DNA of 62,308 nt, from positions 1-62,308 of IMG/VR virus record IMGVR_UViG_3300049440_000308; one strand, written 5' to 3'. The position numbers and the translations under genes are program-made. The first letter of the stretch is position 1, and every line of letters starts with the position of its first letter. Source of the stretch: a virus. Under the pieces are notes generated by a model. The model made no database searches. It was not told the origin of the DNA and worked only from the letters and a program-made list of their open reading frames with translations. This document shows, in pieces, positions 53,842 to 62,308 of this stretch.

Positions 53842-54876
53842 GTGGTCAATGACGGCGGCCTCGTCCTGCTGGCCCTGGTGCTCATCGTCGTCCCGGGGCT
53901 GTTCGCGGCGCGTGCCGTCTCCCGTCGTGCCCGCGGCGCGCAGGGGCAGCCGCGGGCACGGGGCGGCGGCATCGTCTCCGGCTGGCTCGCCCACCGCCGG
54001 GCGCTGCGCCTCAAGGAGCACGACCGTGAGACCGGGATGCTCCGCGACAAGGCGAAGCACGAGCACCGGCTGCGCGAGCAGGCGGAACGGGACCGCCGTG
54101 CCGCGGACCGCGCCCGCGGCGGCAAGACGGTGCCCGGCGAGGCATGGACGACCGAGGCAACCGACCAGCCCTGGCCGGAATCGCCGTCAGGAGATCGCCC
54201 GGCGGGACGCTGGACTGCGATGCGGCCCCGCTGGATCCGCCTCCGCCCGGAGTCGCCGCCCCCGGGCGCCGGCAGCAGGCCGCCCGGACCGCAAGCCCCC
54301 CCAGGCGGCGGGCCGGGCGGTCCCGCTGCGCCTCCCGCAGGCACCCCGCGGCCGCCTGGTTCACCCGTCACCACTGACGGGCCCGGCGCCCGGCGGCCGC
54401 CCGGCCCCGCCAGAACCCCAGAGCCCCCGGCGCGGGGCGCGAATGACCCCCGCCCTGCGCCGGGCCCGACCGAACCCGACATCCTAGAGGGAGTCATCGT
54501 GACAACCCTGCCCGACACCCCCGGCACCCTGGCAGTCCCCGGCGTCGAGATGATCATCGAAGGGGCGAACGCCCTGCGCCGGTACATGCTGGCCGGCAAC
54601 GCGCTGGCGAAGCTCCGCGGCGTCGCCGGCATCGAGGCGGCAGGCGACTGCCTTGCCGGGACGGTGACCGCCCTGGCGCGGGAGATGTCCGAGCCCGCCC
54701 AGCATTACGGCCACGAGGTGACCGAGCCGCTCGCCATGTCCGCGGTTCACTTCTCCGCCGCCAGCCTTGGCCTGGCGGAAGTCGAGGGCAGGCTCCGCGC
54801 GGTCATCCGGGCCGCGGAGGAACTGCGCGCGTCCGGTGTTCAGGCCCCCCACCACGAGCAGTTCCAGGTGCAGTGA
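53842..54876 (+). CDS. membrane-anchored Pro-rich transfer accessory protein
   Basis: N-terminal TM, Pro-rich linker and helical C-terminus; immediately precedes traB. Confidence 0.6.
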   Translation: MVNDGGLVLLALVLIVVPGLFAARAVSRRARGAQGQPRARGGGIVSGWLAHRRALRLKEHDRETGMLRDKAKHEHRLREQAERDRRAADRARGGKTVPGEAWTTEATDQPWPESPSGDRPAGRWTAMRPRWIRLRPESPPPGAGSRPPGPQAPPGGGPGGPAAPPAGTPRPPGSPVTTDGPGARRPPGPARTPEPPARGANDPRPAPGPTEPDILEGVIVTTLPDTPGTLAVPGVEMIIEGANALRRYMLAGNALAKLRGVAGIEAAGDCLAGTVTALAREMSEPAQHYGHEVTEPLAMSAVHFSAASLGLAEVEGRLRAVIRAAEELRASGVQAPHHEQFQVQ

Positions 54877-57020
54877 TGGCCGGCACCGACATCGAGCAGC
54901 GCCCCCGGAACCTGCCCGCCCCCGTCCCGGGCGTGCCGCAGCGCAGGCGCGAGTCCGAGGCGCTGCCCGCGAAGACGCTGCGCGCCGCCCGGCGCAACAA
55001 GGCCGTCTCGGTGCCGCTGTCACTCCCGCTGCCCGCGTGGACCGCCGCCGAGGTCATCCACGCTTACGGCCTGATCCCCGAGGTCGCCATGACGGGCGGC
55101 GTGGCCGCCGGCACCGCGGCGGTCTGGCTGTTCGCCCCGCACAAGTGGAAGGACAGGAACGGCGAGCCCCGGCCGAAAGAGGTCTGGTACGCCCGCGCGA
55201 CAGCCGCGTGCTTCTCCGGGTGGGGGATCACCGCCTTCTTCCTCGGCCCCGTCTCGGCATCGGGGGCACCGCTCGCCGGGGCCCTCGCCGCCCTGTGCGC
55301 CGCCTGGGGCGTCCCCTGGTACCGGCATTACCGGGTCCGCGGCCGCAAGGACCGGGAGCGGCTGCTGCGCGAGTGGCAGGCATGGTGGGACGGCCATTCC
55401 CTCGCCTGGGGGGCAGGCGGCTCGCACGTCATCGAGGCCGAGGAGAAGGGCTCACAGGTCCGCCTCCGGATCCAGCTGATCCGCGGCCGCCAGTCACTGT
55501 CAGTCCTGAAGGGCGCGCTGCACCTCATCGAGTCCGCCGCCGCCGTCGACTCCGGCATGGTCCGCATCGCCGCCGTGAAGGGCGACGCCAGCCAGGCGGA
55601 GGTGTTCGTCAAGCAGGAGAACCCGCTGCAGGACATCGTGGAGTGGGATCCCGCGCTCGCCCCGGCCAGCGTTCACGACCCCGCGTTCCGCGGCCTGTCC
55701 GAGACGGGCCAGCGGGTCATGCTGCCCCAGCGGGTCAGCGCGTTCATTACCGGCAAGACAAGATCAGGCAAGTCGAACAGCCAGCAGGTGCGCATCGCCG
55801 AGTTGTCGGGATGCGCCGACGCCCGCGCGTTCGTCATCGACCTGAAGCAGCGCAACGCCCGCCCCCTGCTGAAGTCCGGCGCGGCCGACTGGGTGATCAC
55901 CGACCCGGACGAGGCCGGCGCCGCGCTGCGGATGCTGCGGGCGGAGATCGCCGCCCGGTCCCGCGAATGGGACACCGGGGAGGAGCAGGGCATGGCAACC
56001 CCGCACGTCCCGGCCCTGTACGCGCTGGTCGACGAGACCAACCCGCTCACGTCGGTAATGGCCGGCGCCGGCGGCGTGGCGCGCGCCCGGGACCTGGGGA
56101 TCGTCGCGTCACAGGGAGCCGGCGTCGAGGTCTACACGGAGGTCGCCACCCAGTACGGGGCGCTGGAGGAGTCCGTGCAGACCGAGCAGACGCGGTCGAA
56201 CCTGCCGCTGCGGGTCTGCTTCGCGGTCGAGAGCCCCGGGCACGGCGTGTTCGCGCTCGGCGACGGCGGCGGCGACGCCTCCAAGCTGGAGGAGAAGGGC
56301 GAGTACCTGATGAAGCTCGGCCCGAAGGCGAGGATGGAGAAGGTCCGCGCCCCGCACATGCCCCACTCGCTGCTCGAGCAGGTCATCGCGGACAACGGCC
56401 GCCGCGTCCGCAAGCCCCGGCTGATCCTGTTCTGCGGGAGCGAGCCGTCCGGCACCGGGAACCTCACCTGGCAGGAGTGGTACGACCAGCGGCACCTGCG
56501 GGTCAACGAGACGTTCCGCGGCATCTCACCCCAGTACCAGGCGGCCGTTGAGGAGTTCGGCGAGCCCGGGGCCCAGGTTCCCGCCGACGCTGAGGGGACC
56601 CCGCTCGTGCGACGGCACCTCGCCCCCGCCGCCCCCCTGCCGGCCGCCGAGAGCGGCGCGGCGGTGTCCGCCCGGATCGCCGCGGACACCGCGGGGCCCG
56701 ACCTGGCGTCCTCCCCCGAGGCGAGGGCGCGGGGCACGGAGATGTACGCGCAGGCTGAGGAGGCGTTCTTCGAGATGATCGCCTCCGCTCCCCCGCAGGG
56801 CATCAGGATGGCTGACCTGATCGAGGCGTCCGGGGTGAGCAGCAGCCAGGCGTACAAGATCCGCGACCGCCTCGCCGAGCGCGGCGCCGTCACCCAGCCG
56901 CAGCGCGGGTACGTCGCCCCGGTCCCCGGCCGGGACGCGGCAGCCGAGTACGCGGCGGTCAGGGCGGGGAACGACGCCCTGGGCAGGAGGGCCGCCCGGA
57001 TCCTCCAGTCAGTCGGATGA
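54876..57020 (+). CDS. traB: TraB-like FtsK/SpoIIIE conjugative DNA translocase
   Basis: N-terminal TMs, Walker A GKTRSGKS, IDLK, Walker B LVDE, ATQ, and C-terminal wHTH (MADLIEASGVSSSQAYKIRDRL). Confidence 0.82.
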   Translation: MAGTDIEQRPRNLPAPVPGVPQRRRESEALPAKTLRAARRNKAVSVPLSLPLPAWTAAEVIHAYGLIPEVAMTGGVAAGTAAVWLFAPHKWKDRNGEPRPKEVWYARATAACFSGWGITAFFLGPVSASGAPLAGALAALCAAWGVPWYRHYRVRGRKDRERLLREWQAWWDGHSLAWGAGGSHVIEAEEKGSQVRLRIQLIRGRQSLSVLKGALHLIESAAAVDSGMVRIAAVKGDASQAEVFVKQENPLQDIVEWDPALAPASVHDPAFRGLSETGQRVMLPQRVSAFITGKTRSGKSNSQQVRIAELSGCADARAFVIDLKQRNARPLLKSGAADWVITDPDEAGAALRMLRAEIAARSREWDTGEEQGMATPHVPALYALVDETNPLTSVMAGAGGVARARDLGIVASQGAGVEVYTEVATQYGALEESVQTEQTRSNLPLRVCFAVESPGHGVFALGDGGGDASKLEEKGEYLMKLGPKARMEKVRAPHMPHSLLEQVIADNGRRVRKPRLILFCGSEPSGTGNLTWQEWYDQRHLRVNETFRGISPQYQAAVEEFGEPGAQVPADAEGTPLVRRHLAPAAPLPAAESGAAVSARIAADTAGPDLASSPEARARGTEMYAQAEEAFFEMIASAPPQGIRMADLIEASGVSSSQAYKIRDRLAERGAVTQPQRGYVAPVPGRDAAAEYAAVRAGNDALGRRAARILQSVG

Positions 57021-57057
57021 CAGCGGAGGGTGACGACCGTCGGGGATGTTCTCCATC

Positions 57058-57168
57058 TTCCACGGGGAGCGCGGGCCGGGCCCCGTACGCGCGCAGGCGT
57101 GACGCGCGGGCGCGCGAGGGCCGTGGAAAACGAGCCGTGGAATTTCCACGGTGGAAAAGCGTGGAAAT
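57058..57168. repeat. CCGTGGAA-type 8-bp repeat cluster (clt-like)
   Basis: Copies at 57058 (rc), 57121, 57135, 57144 (rc), 57149 and 57159, directly downstream of traB. Confidence 0.65.
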
Positions 57169-57480
57169 GCACGCAGGGTAACGAAGGCAGGGGAGTGATG
57201 GCTAGTCACATCGACCCGGGAACGGGCCGGAACAGGCGCGAGGGCGGGAAGCTCCGAGCGAGGGTCAGGCGCGCGCAGGAGGCCCGGCAGGCCGGGGGCA
57301 AGCTCCCGCCGTCCGGCGGCCTCCGCTACAGCGCCGGGCAGCCCGCGGAGAAGCGGGTCACCTGGCGTAAGCGCGAGCGCGTGCGCCGCGGGCGCTGACC
57401 TCATGAACGCAGGCGCCCGGTGCTCCCCGGCCCGGGCGCCTGCCCCAATCACCGGAAATGACCCCTGGAGGGACGCCACG

Positions 57481-58476
57481 ATGGACGGCATGCCAAAGCA
57501 CTCAGCCGAAGGTGACCGTTACGCGGCCGCGCCGCGCCGTGATCACCTGTGGGTACTCGTGATCATCGCCGTCTGCGCCCTGCTCGAGGTATGGGCGTCC
57601 TGGCTTGCCATCGGGAGCATGTCCGGCTTCCCGAGGATCGGCGGCGCCAGGGGCCTGCCCACCGACTGGACCCTCGCCGTGACGACCGAGGCGTACTGGG
57701 GGTACGCGCTGTACTCGTGGCTGGCGGCCGCGCCCGGCCCGCGGTCCCGGGCGTTCGCCATGTGGTCGGCGGTCAGCGTGTTCATCCTGAGCCTCACCGG
57801 GCAGGGCGCCGCGCACCTCGTGAAGCCGGGCCAGCAGCCCCCGTCCGTCCTGGTGGTGTTCGTCACCGCCCTGCCGGTGCTCGTGCTCGCGCTCATCGCG
57901 ATCCTGGTGCACCTGCGCCAGGCCGACCGGGAGGTCATCGAGGCACGCACGCGGGCCGCAGAGAAGGCCGCACGGGAAGCCGCGCAACTGCGGGCCGAGG
58001 CCGACGAGAGGACCGCGCTGCGGGCGGAAGTCGATCGCCTGACCGTCGCCCTCGAGGCGGACCTGAGCGCTCAGCGCGAGCAGTTCGCGGGCGAACTGGG
58101 AGACGCGCGGGCCGCTCGCGAGACCGCTCAGCAGGATCTCGAAACCGCTCGCGGCGAGCTCGCCGAAGCGCTCAGGCGAGCGGAAGCGCTCACGGCGAAG
58201 ATGGCCACGGTGAGCGCTCAGAAGAAGCGCTCCAAGGTACCTGCGAGCGCTCGCGCCGGCAGCGGCGAGAGCGACCCGACGAACGAACTGCTAGCGCTCA
58301 TGGAACTGCAGGACACCCCGAAGCTGCTGGGGGTCCGCATGTCCGGTGAGCTGGCACGGAAGATCGGCGTCTCACCGGCGACCGGCCGCCGCCTGCACAA
58401 CAAGCTTGTCGCGAACGGAGCGCTCACCGAGTACGCGCAATCGCTCACGGAACCGCTCGGCGAGCGCTCGCAGTGA
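57481..58476 (+). CDS. SpdB/DUF2637-like membrane coiled-coil protein with C-terminal HTH
   Basis: Four TMs, a long coiled coil and SGELARKIGVSPATGRR. Confidence 0.72.
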   Translation: MDGMPKHSAEGDRYAAAPRRDHLWVLVIIAVCALLEVWASWLAIGSMSGFPRIGGARGLPTDWTLAVTTEAYWGYALYSWLAAAPGPRSRAFAMWSAVSVFILSLTGQGAAHLVKPGQQPPSVLVVFVTALPVLVLALIAILVHLRQADREVIEARTRAAEKAAREAAQLRAEADERTALRAEVDRLTVALEADLSAQREQFAGELGDARAARETAQQDLETARGELAEALRRAEALTAKMATVSAQKKRSKVPASARAGSGESDPTNELLALMELQDTPKLLGVRMSGELARKIGVSPATGRRLHNKLVANGALTEYAQSLTEPLGERSQ

Positions 58477-58517
58477 GCGCCGCGGCTGAGCGCTCAACCC
58501 CCTAACGCAATCGCTCA
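58064..58517. repeat. (G)AGCGCTC palindromic repeat array
   Basis: Ten AGCGCTC copies in about 450 bp, extending past the stop codon. Confidence 0.75.
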
Positions 58518-58524
58518 AGAAGCT

Positions 58525-58562
58525 AGGACCCGGTACCTCCTGCGGCGGAGGTACCGGGTTCT
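58525..58562. terminator. bidirectional hairpin terminator between convergent genes
   Basis: ACCCGGTACCTCC-tgcggc-GGAGGTACCGGGT, 13-bp stem. Confidence 0.8.
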
Positions 58563-58569
58563 CGTGCTA

Positions 58570-59328
58570 TCAGGCGACGCCGAGGAGGGCGGGCCAGGTG
58601 GCCGCGCCCGCCGCGCCATCGGGGACCAGCCCGTGCACCACCTGAAAGTCCTTCAGCGCGGTAACGGTCGCCGGCCCGGCGTCCCCGTCGACCGTTACCG
58701 GGTGGCCGCGGGCGCACAGGAGCCCCTGCAGCGTCCGTACCGCCTGCGTGTCGGTGCTGCCCTGGGTTACCACGGGGAGTGCCTGCACTGCCGCCTCCTG
58801 CCAGACTGGCGCGGGTGATGGGACCGGGGCGCCGAAGAAGCCGTCGCGGAGCAGCGACTGGTCGAGGATGCGGCCGAGGGCGTTGTCACGCCACTGGGTG
58901 CCGTCCGCGCCGATGCTGAGTTCCCGGCAGGTCCCAGGCCCGCAGATGTGCTCGCCCGTGCCGTAATGGGCGGTCCACAGGCGCACCATGGCGCGGGGGA
59001 TGCCCCGGACGGCGAGCATGGGCAGGATGCCCTCGCGCATCGCGCTGACCGAGGCGTACACGCACGGGCGGGCAGCCCCGTGCACCTTCTGGCGGGCGTA
59101 CCACTGCGGGAAGTCGACAGGGCTGGCGGCGCCGGGCTCGACGTCGAGCGCGTCGGCATCATGGCCGGCGCTCAGCGCGATCGAGAGATGACGGGCGCGG
59201 GGGAACGCGGACACGACGTAGTTGTAGTTGGGCTGGTCGGCGAGGGCGCCGTCGACGTAGCCCGCGACCGCCTGCGGGCCGGCCGGGAACTGGTCGTTGT
59301 AGATCGTGTCGTACATGGTGACCGTCAC
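58570..59328 (-). CDS. endolysin: GH25-like glycoside hydrolase plus peptidoglycan-binding domain
   Basis: DALDVEPG, PCVYAS, LWTAHY, GTQW; PGBD VRTLQGLL..VDGDAGPAT..FQ..GL.PDG.AG..TW; AAGGAGG RBS. Confidence 0.85.
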   Translation of the reverse strand: MTVTMYDTIYNDQFPAGPQAVAGYVDGALADQPNYNYVVSAFPRARHLSIALSAGHDADALDVEPGAASPVDFPQWYARQKVHGAARPCVYASVSAMREGILPMLAVRGIPRAMVRLWTAHYGTGEHICGPGTCRELSIGADGTQWRDNALGRILDQSLLRDGFFGAPVPSPAPVWQEAAVQALPVVTQGSTDTQAVRTLQGLLCARGHPVTVDGDAGPATVTALKDFQVVHGLVPDGAAGAATWPALLGVA

Positions 59329-59338
59329 GCGCGCCTCC

Positions 59339-59869
59339 TTACCTGCCGTACAGGGCGGTGCAGTTGACCGGGTGGTTGACCGTGGCGATGTACGCGAGGA
59401 ACTGGGCGGCGAGCCTGGCGGTTCTCGCGGCCTGCGCTGCGGTCTCGCCGGGCGACGGCTTGGCGATGAGGCTGATGAAGTCACGCCAGATGGTGTCCTG
59501 GTCTGCCCGGAAGACGTTGCCGCTGGCGCACGAGGTGAGCTGGGAGGCGTGCAGGGCCTGGACGAGGTGGTCGTTGGCGTTCGCCGTGCCGTGGGCTGAG
59601 AGCGCGGTGAGCCCCAGCGCGACGGTGAGGACGATGTCCAGGGCGAAGGACACCGCCAGGGCGATGATGACCTGCCTGCTGCGCCGCCCGAACGCCGAGT
59701 ACTCGCTGAGGCGCCGGGTGATCTCGCCGAGTGCCTCGCTGAGCGCCGAGGCCAGCGCCAGGGCCCGGCTGGCGGTTTCCCCGGCGACGTCGCCTGCCGC
59801 CGCGGTTTTCTCCGCCGCCTCCCCGGCTGTCCGCCTGCCCGGGTCACCCCCGGTCCCGCTGCTGCTCAT
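59339..59869 (-). CDS. lysis-cassette membrane protein
   Basis: One TM (VIIALAVSFALDIVLTVALGL) and paired Cys; adjacent to the endolysin. Confidence 0.65.
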   Translation of the reverse strand: MSSSGTGGDPGRRTAGEAAEKTAAAGDVAGETASRALALASALSEALGEITRRLSEYSAFGRRSRQVIIALAVSFALDIVLTVALGLTALSAHGTANANDHLVQALHASQLTSCASGNVFRADQDTIWRDFISLIAKPSPGETAAQAARTARLAAQFLAYIATVNHPVNCTALYGR

Positions 59870-60032
59870 CGCGTGCCTCCTGTACCTGCGCTGAGGCGAT
59901 ACTCAGGATGCGCTTCATGTCCGAGACGGTCCTGTTCAGGTCGGCGACGAGCTGCTCCGCCTGCAAGACGAGGTCGTCGATCCGCTTGTCCTTCGCCGCC
60001 AGTTCCCGGGTGCGCCGCTGCTCCTCGGTCAA
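59844..60032 (-). CDS. small coiled-coil protein
   Basis: TTGA overlap; KRIDDLVLQAEQLVADL. Confidence 0.5.
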   Translation of the reverse strand: MTEEQRRTRELAAKDKRIDDLVLQAEQLVADLNRTVSDMKRILSIASAQVQEARDEQQRDRG

Positions 60033-60367
60033 GGGGCCCGCCTGCCTTCGAGCCGCGCCAGGCTGTCGGTGATCTGGCGAAGCGAGCCGTTGATGAGCTG
60101 CAGGACGGGCAGGACCTGCTGCGACTGGGACTCGATGAGCCGGTCGCGCTGCTCGACGGCCTTGTCCCGCTGGGCTTCCATTTCCGCCCGCATCTTCTGG
60201 GACTGGTCCCACAGGACGGCGGCGTCGCTGGTGCGGATGCTGCCGGTGGTTTCCCGGCGGCGGGAAAGGTAGGCGACGGCCCCGCCGAGGCCGGCGAGCG
60301 CGAACACGACGATCGTGATGAGCGTGGCGATCTCAGGGACGCCGGGGACGGCGGCGGCGAGGATCAC
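60029..60367 (-). CDS. holin-like membrane protein
   Basis: N-terminal TM (IATLITIVVFALAGLGGAVAYL) plus coiled coil in the lysis cassette. Confidence 0.6.
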   Translation of the reverse strand: MILAAAVPGVPEIATLITIVVFALAGLGGAVAYLSRRRETTGSIRTSDAAVLWDQSQKMRAEMEAQRDKAVEQRDRLIESQSQQVLPVLQLINGSLRQITDSLARLEGRRAP

Positions 60368-60588
60368 GGGGGCGCCGCTGTTACCGGGGCGCACCCGGTG
60401 ATCGGGTCGGCCTGCGGGTCGGGGGGCGGGGGCGCCTGCGTTGCCGGGGGCCCGGCTCCGAGCAGGGCGAGCACGTCGGCGACGTAGACGGCGCTGGTTC
60501 CCTCCCGCTGGCAGCGGGCGAGCTCGGCGATCGCCTGGTCGAGGACCTGGCGGGCGTCGTCCCGGGTTCGCCGGCGGGTGATTGCCAT
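60364..60588 (-). CDS. hypothetical protein
   Basis: GGAGG RBS; coupled. Confidence 0.5.
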   Translation of the reverse strand: MAITRRRTRDDARQVLDQAIAELARCQREGTSAVYVADVLALLGAGPPATQAPPPPDPQADPITGCAPVTAAPP

Positions 60589-60692
60589 GCGGCCTCCCTC
60601 GGGGCAGGGGCGTCGTCCTGCGCACAAGGGTACGCGTCTTGCACGGGAGGATGCACGGGCAGGTGCACGCGCACGGGGCGTAGGATTCCCGG

Positions 60693-60965
60693 GTGACCAT
60701 GCCCGCCGCCCCCCAGCCGGCCGCCCCCTTCGACGCAGGCAACCCGCTGCTAGCCGAGCAGCCCGCCCAGCTCGTCACCGCGGTCATGCAGACCCCCGCC
60801 GGGCAGCGGCTCACCCTGACCATCCGCACCCCGTCGGCGACCGTCACCGTGTTCCTGCCCGGGAAGGACGCCAAGGCGTGGGCGGCGAGGCTCACCCAGG
60901 ACGCGGCGTCCATGTCCGCGGCCGGCCTGGTGGTCGCCGGGTCGGTACTGGGCACGCCGGGATGA
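60693..60965 (+). CDS. hypothetical protein
   Basis: GNPLLAE.PAQL..GQRLTLTIRT. Confidence 0.6.
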   Translation: MTMPAAPQPAAPFDAGNPLLAEQPAQLVTAVMQTPAGQRLTLTIRTPSATVTVFLPGKDAKAWAARLTQDAASMSAAGLVVAGSVLGTPG

Positions 60966-61460
60966 GCGGCTTCCTCGCCCTGGCGGACGACTGGGACCTC
61001 GTGCCGCACCCGGACCTGGTCCGCGCGCAGAGGCCGACCGTCGCGCTGTTCATGACGGCGGCGCTCTGCCTCGGCGTGTTCCCGTCCGCGTCCTACCTCA
61101 CCGGAGAGGCCCGGCTCGGCTAGCCGGGCGAACTGTTCGACGTCCCCGCCCCGAACCCCGGGGTGCCGTGCGCAGTCCACGCGGGCTCAGGGGGAGGCGC
61201 GACTGTCCCGTCCGGGGCATATTCCGCGAACCCGTCGGCTACCAGCCATACCGAGTCGCGGGCACTGGCCCAGAACGGCTCGTTCACGCCCACGTTCGGC
61301 AGGCGGCCCGCGAGCAGGCTCCGGGACAGGGGCTGGAGCGCGATCATGAGGCGCTGCGGCAGCGGTTGCAAGGGGAAGCCCACCTGATCAGGTTACGCCC
61401 CGTGCGTCACTTCCCGGCGAGTCCCTTACCGGCACGGTGGTAGCGTGGTATCATGCCATC

Positions 61461-61637
61461 ATGATGGAATCGCAAGCCATGACCATCCGCGTGCCGGGAG
61501 ACCTGTACGAGCAACTGCGGCGGGCCGCCTTCGAGGCGCGCGTGCCCATGAACGCCCTCATCAACGAGGGCATCGAACTGAGGCTCGCCGAACTGAAAGC
61601 GGCAGCGGCCTCGGAGAACGGGTCAGGCGCGAAATGA
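61461..61637 (+). CDS. Arc/RHH-family regulator
   Basis: MTIRVPGDLYEQLRRAAFEARVPMNALINEGI; TGGTA/ATGCCA repeats upstream. Confidence 0.8.
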   Translation: MMESQAMTIRVPGDLYEQLRRAAFEARVPMNALINEGIELRLAELKAAAASENGSGAK

Positions 61638-62116
61638 ACATCCCTGAGGACTGCCACCTTGCCTACATCGTGTCGCACGAGGCCTGGTACTGGGACGCGT
61701 CCCGGGCGCCCGGCGAGAACCCGCACCTGAGCGTCTCCGCGTCCGGAAAGGGCAGCGGCGGCGGGGTCGCCTGGGAGTTCGACATCGAGGAGATGGAACT
61801 CGGCGGCAAGCCCGTCACGCGGGTTAAGGTCTTCGATGACGCCTATGCCGCGTTCGCGCAGGTGCCGGAACTGTTCGCCGCCCTCGCCGACGGCGGGGGC
61901 ACGACTCTCGCGGCAGTGCGGGACCTGCTTGACATGCTCGGCGCCGTTGACGAGACCGAGCGCGTGAGTCCCTACGCCGAAAAGCCGGCAGGGTCGCGCG
62001 ACGGGCACGCTGAGACGGTCCGTGAGGCGCTGAGGCTCGCGCAGGACACTGCCCCGAACGCCGCTGCGGCCCTGCGGTTCGCTGAGGCGCTAGCCGCGAC
62101 GGAGGGCCAGCCATGA
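61634..62116 (+). CDS. hypothetical protein
   Basis: ATGA-coupled; GGVAWEF..VKVFDDAY. Confidence 0.7.
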   Translation: MNIPEDCHLAYIVSHEAWYWDASRAPGENPHLSVSASGKGSGGGVAWEFDIEEMELGGKPVTRVKVFDDAYAAFAQVPELFAALADGGGTTLAAVRDLLDMLGAVDETERVSPYAEKPAGSRDGHAETVREALRLAQDTAPNAAAALRFAEALAATEGQP

Positions 62117-62214
62117 GCTTCACCGCCGGGCGAACATCCTAATGACGTGCGCGAGGGCTACTGCGGGCACTGTCATGACTGGACAAGCCCCCGGAAGCAA
62201 GGGAGGCGGCACCG

Positions 62215-62308
62215 ATGGGCCATCAAGTGATTAAGCAACCGGACGGCCGGTACGCGATCTTCTCCAGCGTGGTCGACTCGTGGATCGTCTACGACGCCAC
62301 CCGGCAGG
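62215..62308 (+). CDS. partial hypothetical protein
   Basis: GGAGG RBS; MGHQVIKQPDGRYAIFSSVVD runs off the window. Confidence 0.55.
   Translation, partial: MGHQVIKQPDGRYAIFSSVVDSWIVYDATRQ

Noticed and set aside
48726-58562. Transfer block as a complete independent AICE
   Set aside because: No integrase, RepSA/Prim-pol replicase or att-like flanking repeats were recognised, so it is not called as a discrete element
1-62308. The many long Arg/Pro/Gly-rich alternative-frame and antisense ORFs in the track (e.g. 4210-5367, 14848-16161, 40161-41303, 54767-56551)
   Set aside because: Shadow ORFs expected in high-GC DNA; they overlap well-supported genes and have no motifs
1-62308. CRISPR array, tRNA, rRNA, reverse transcriptase (DGR/retron), integrase, capsid or terminase genes
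   Set aside because: No regularly spaced repeat-spacer units, cloverleaf sequences or diagnostic protein motifs seen by eye; tRNAscan and HMM searches would be needed to exclude them fully

Overview
High-GC actinobacterial mobile DNA, most likely part of a large temperate phage or phage-plasmid. No capsid, terminase or integrase gene is visible in this window. Bases 1-35.2 kb form a long, tightly coupled minus-strand early-type region of about 70 mostly small genes. It includes vWA, YkgJ, SLOG and ASCH proteins, a CCA-adding enzyme, an RlaP-type nucleotidyltransferase carrying a nested endonuclease VII gene, a tandem BldC-like protein, two DUF397 proteins, two DNA methyltransferases, a replication-initiator-like gene with internal repeats, a TnpA-less TnpB, Gp37/Gp68 and an intein-containing conserved phage protein. 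This region ends at a Cro/repressor switch. An HNH-SF2 helicase two-gene cassette flanked by a 15-bp direct repeat sits in the 3' end of the repressor gene. Further right are homing endonucleases, a DpdA/TGT-like gene with a VUT (queuosine-precursor) transporter, and a second initiator-like gene. A Streptomyces-plasmid-type transfer module (GntR, WhiB, TraB/FtsK, Spd-like, clt-like repeats) converges on a phage lysis cassette at a strong terminator. All family calls come from motif recognition by eye; no database searches were run.
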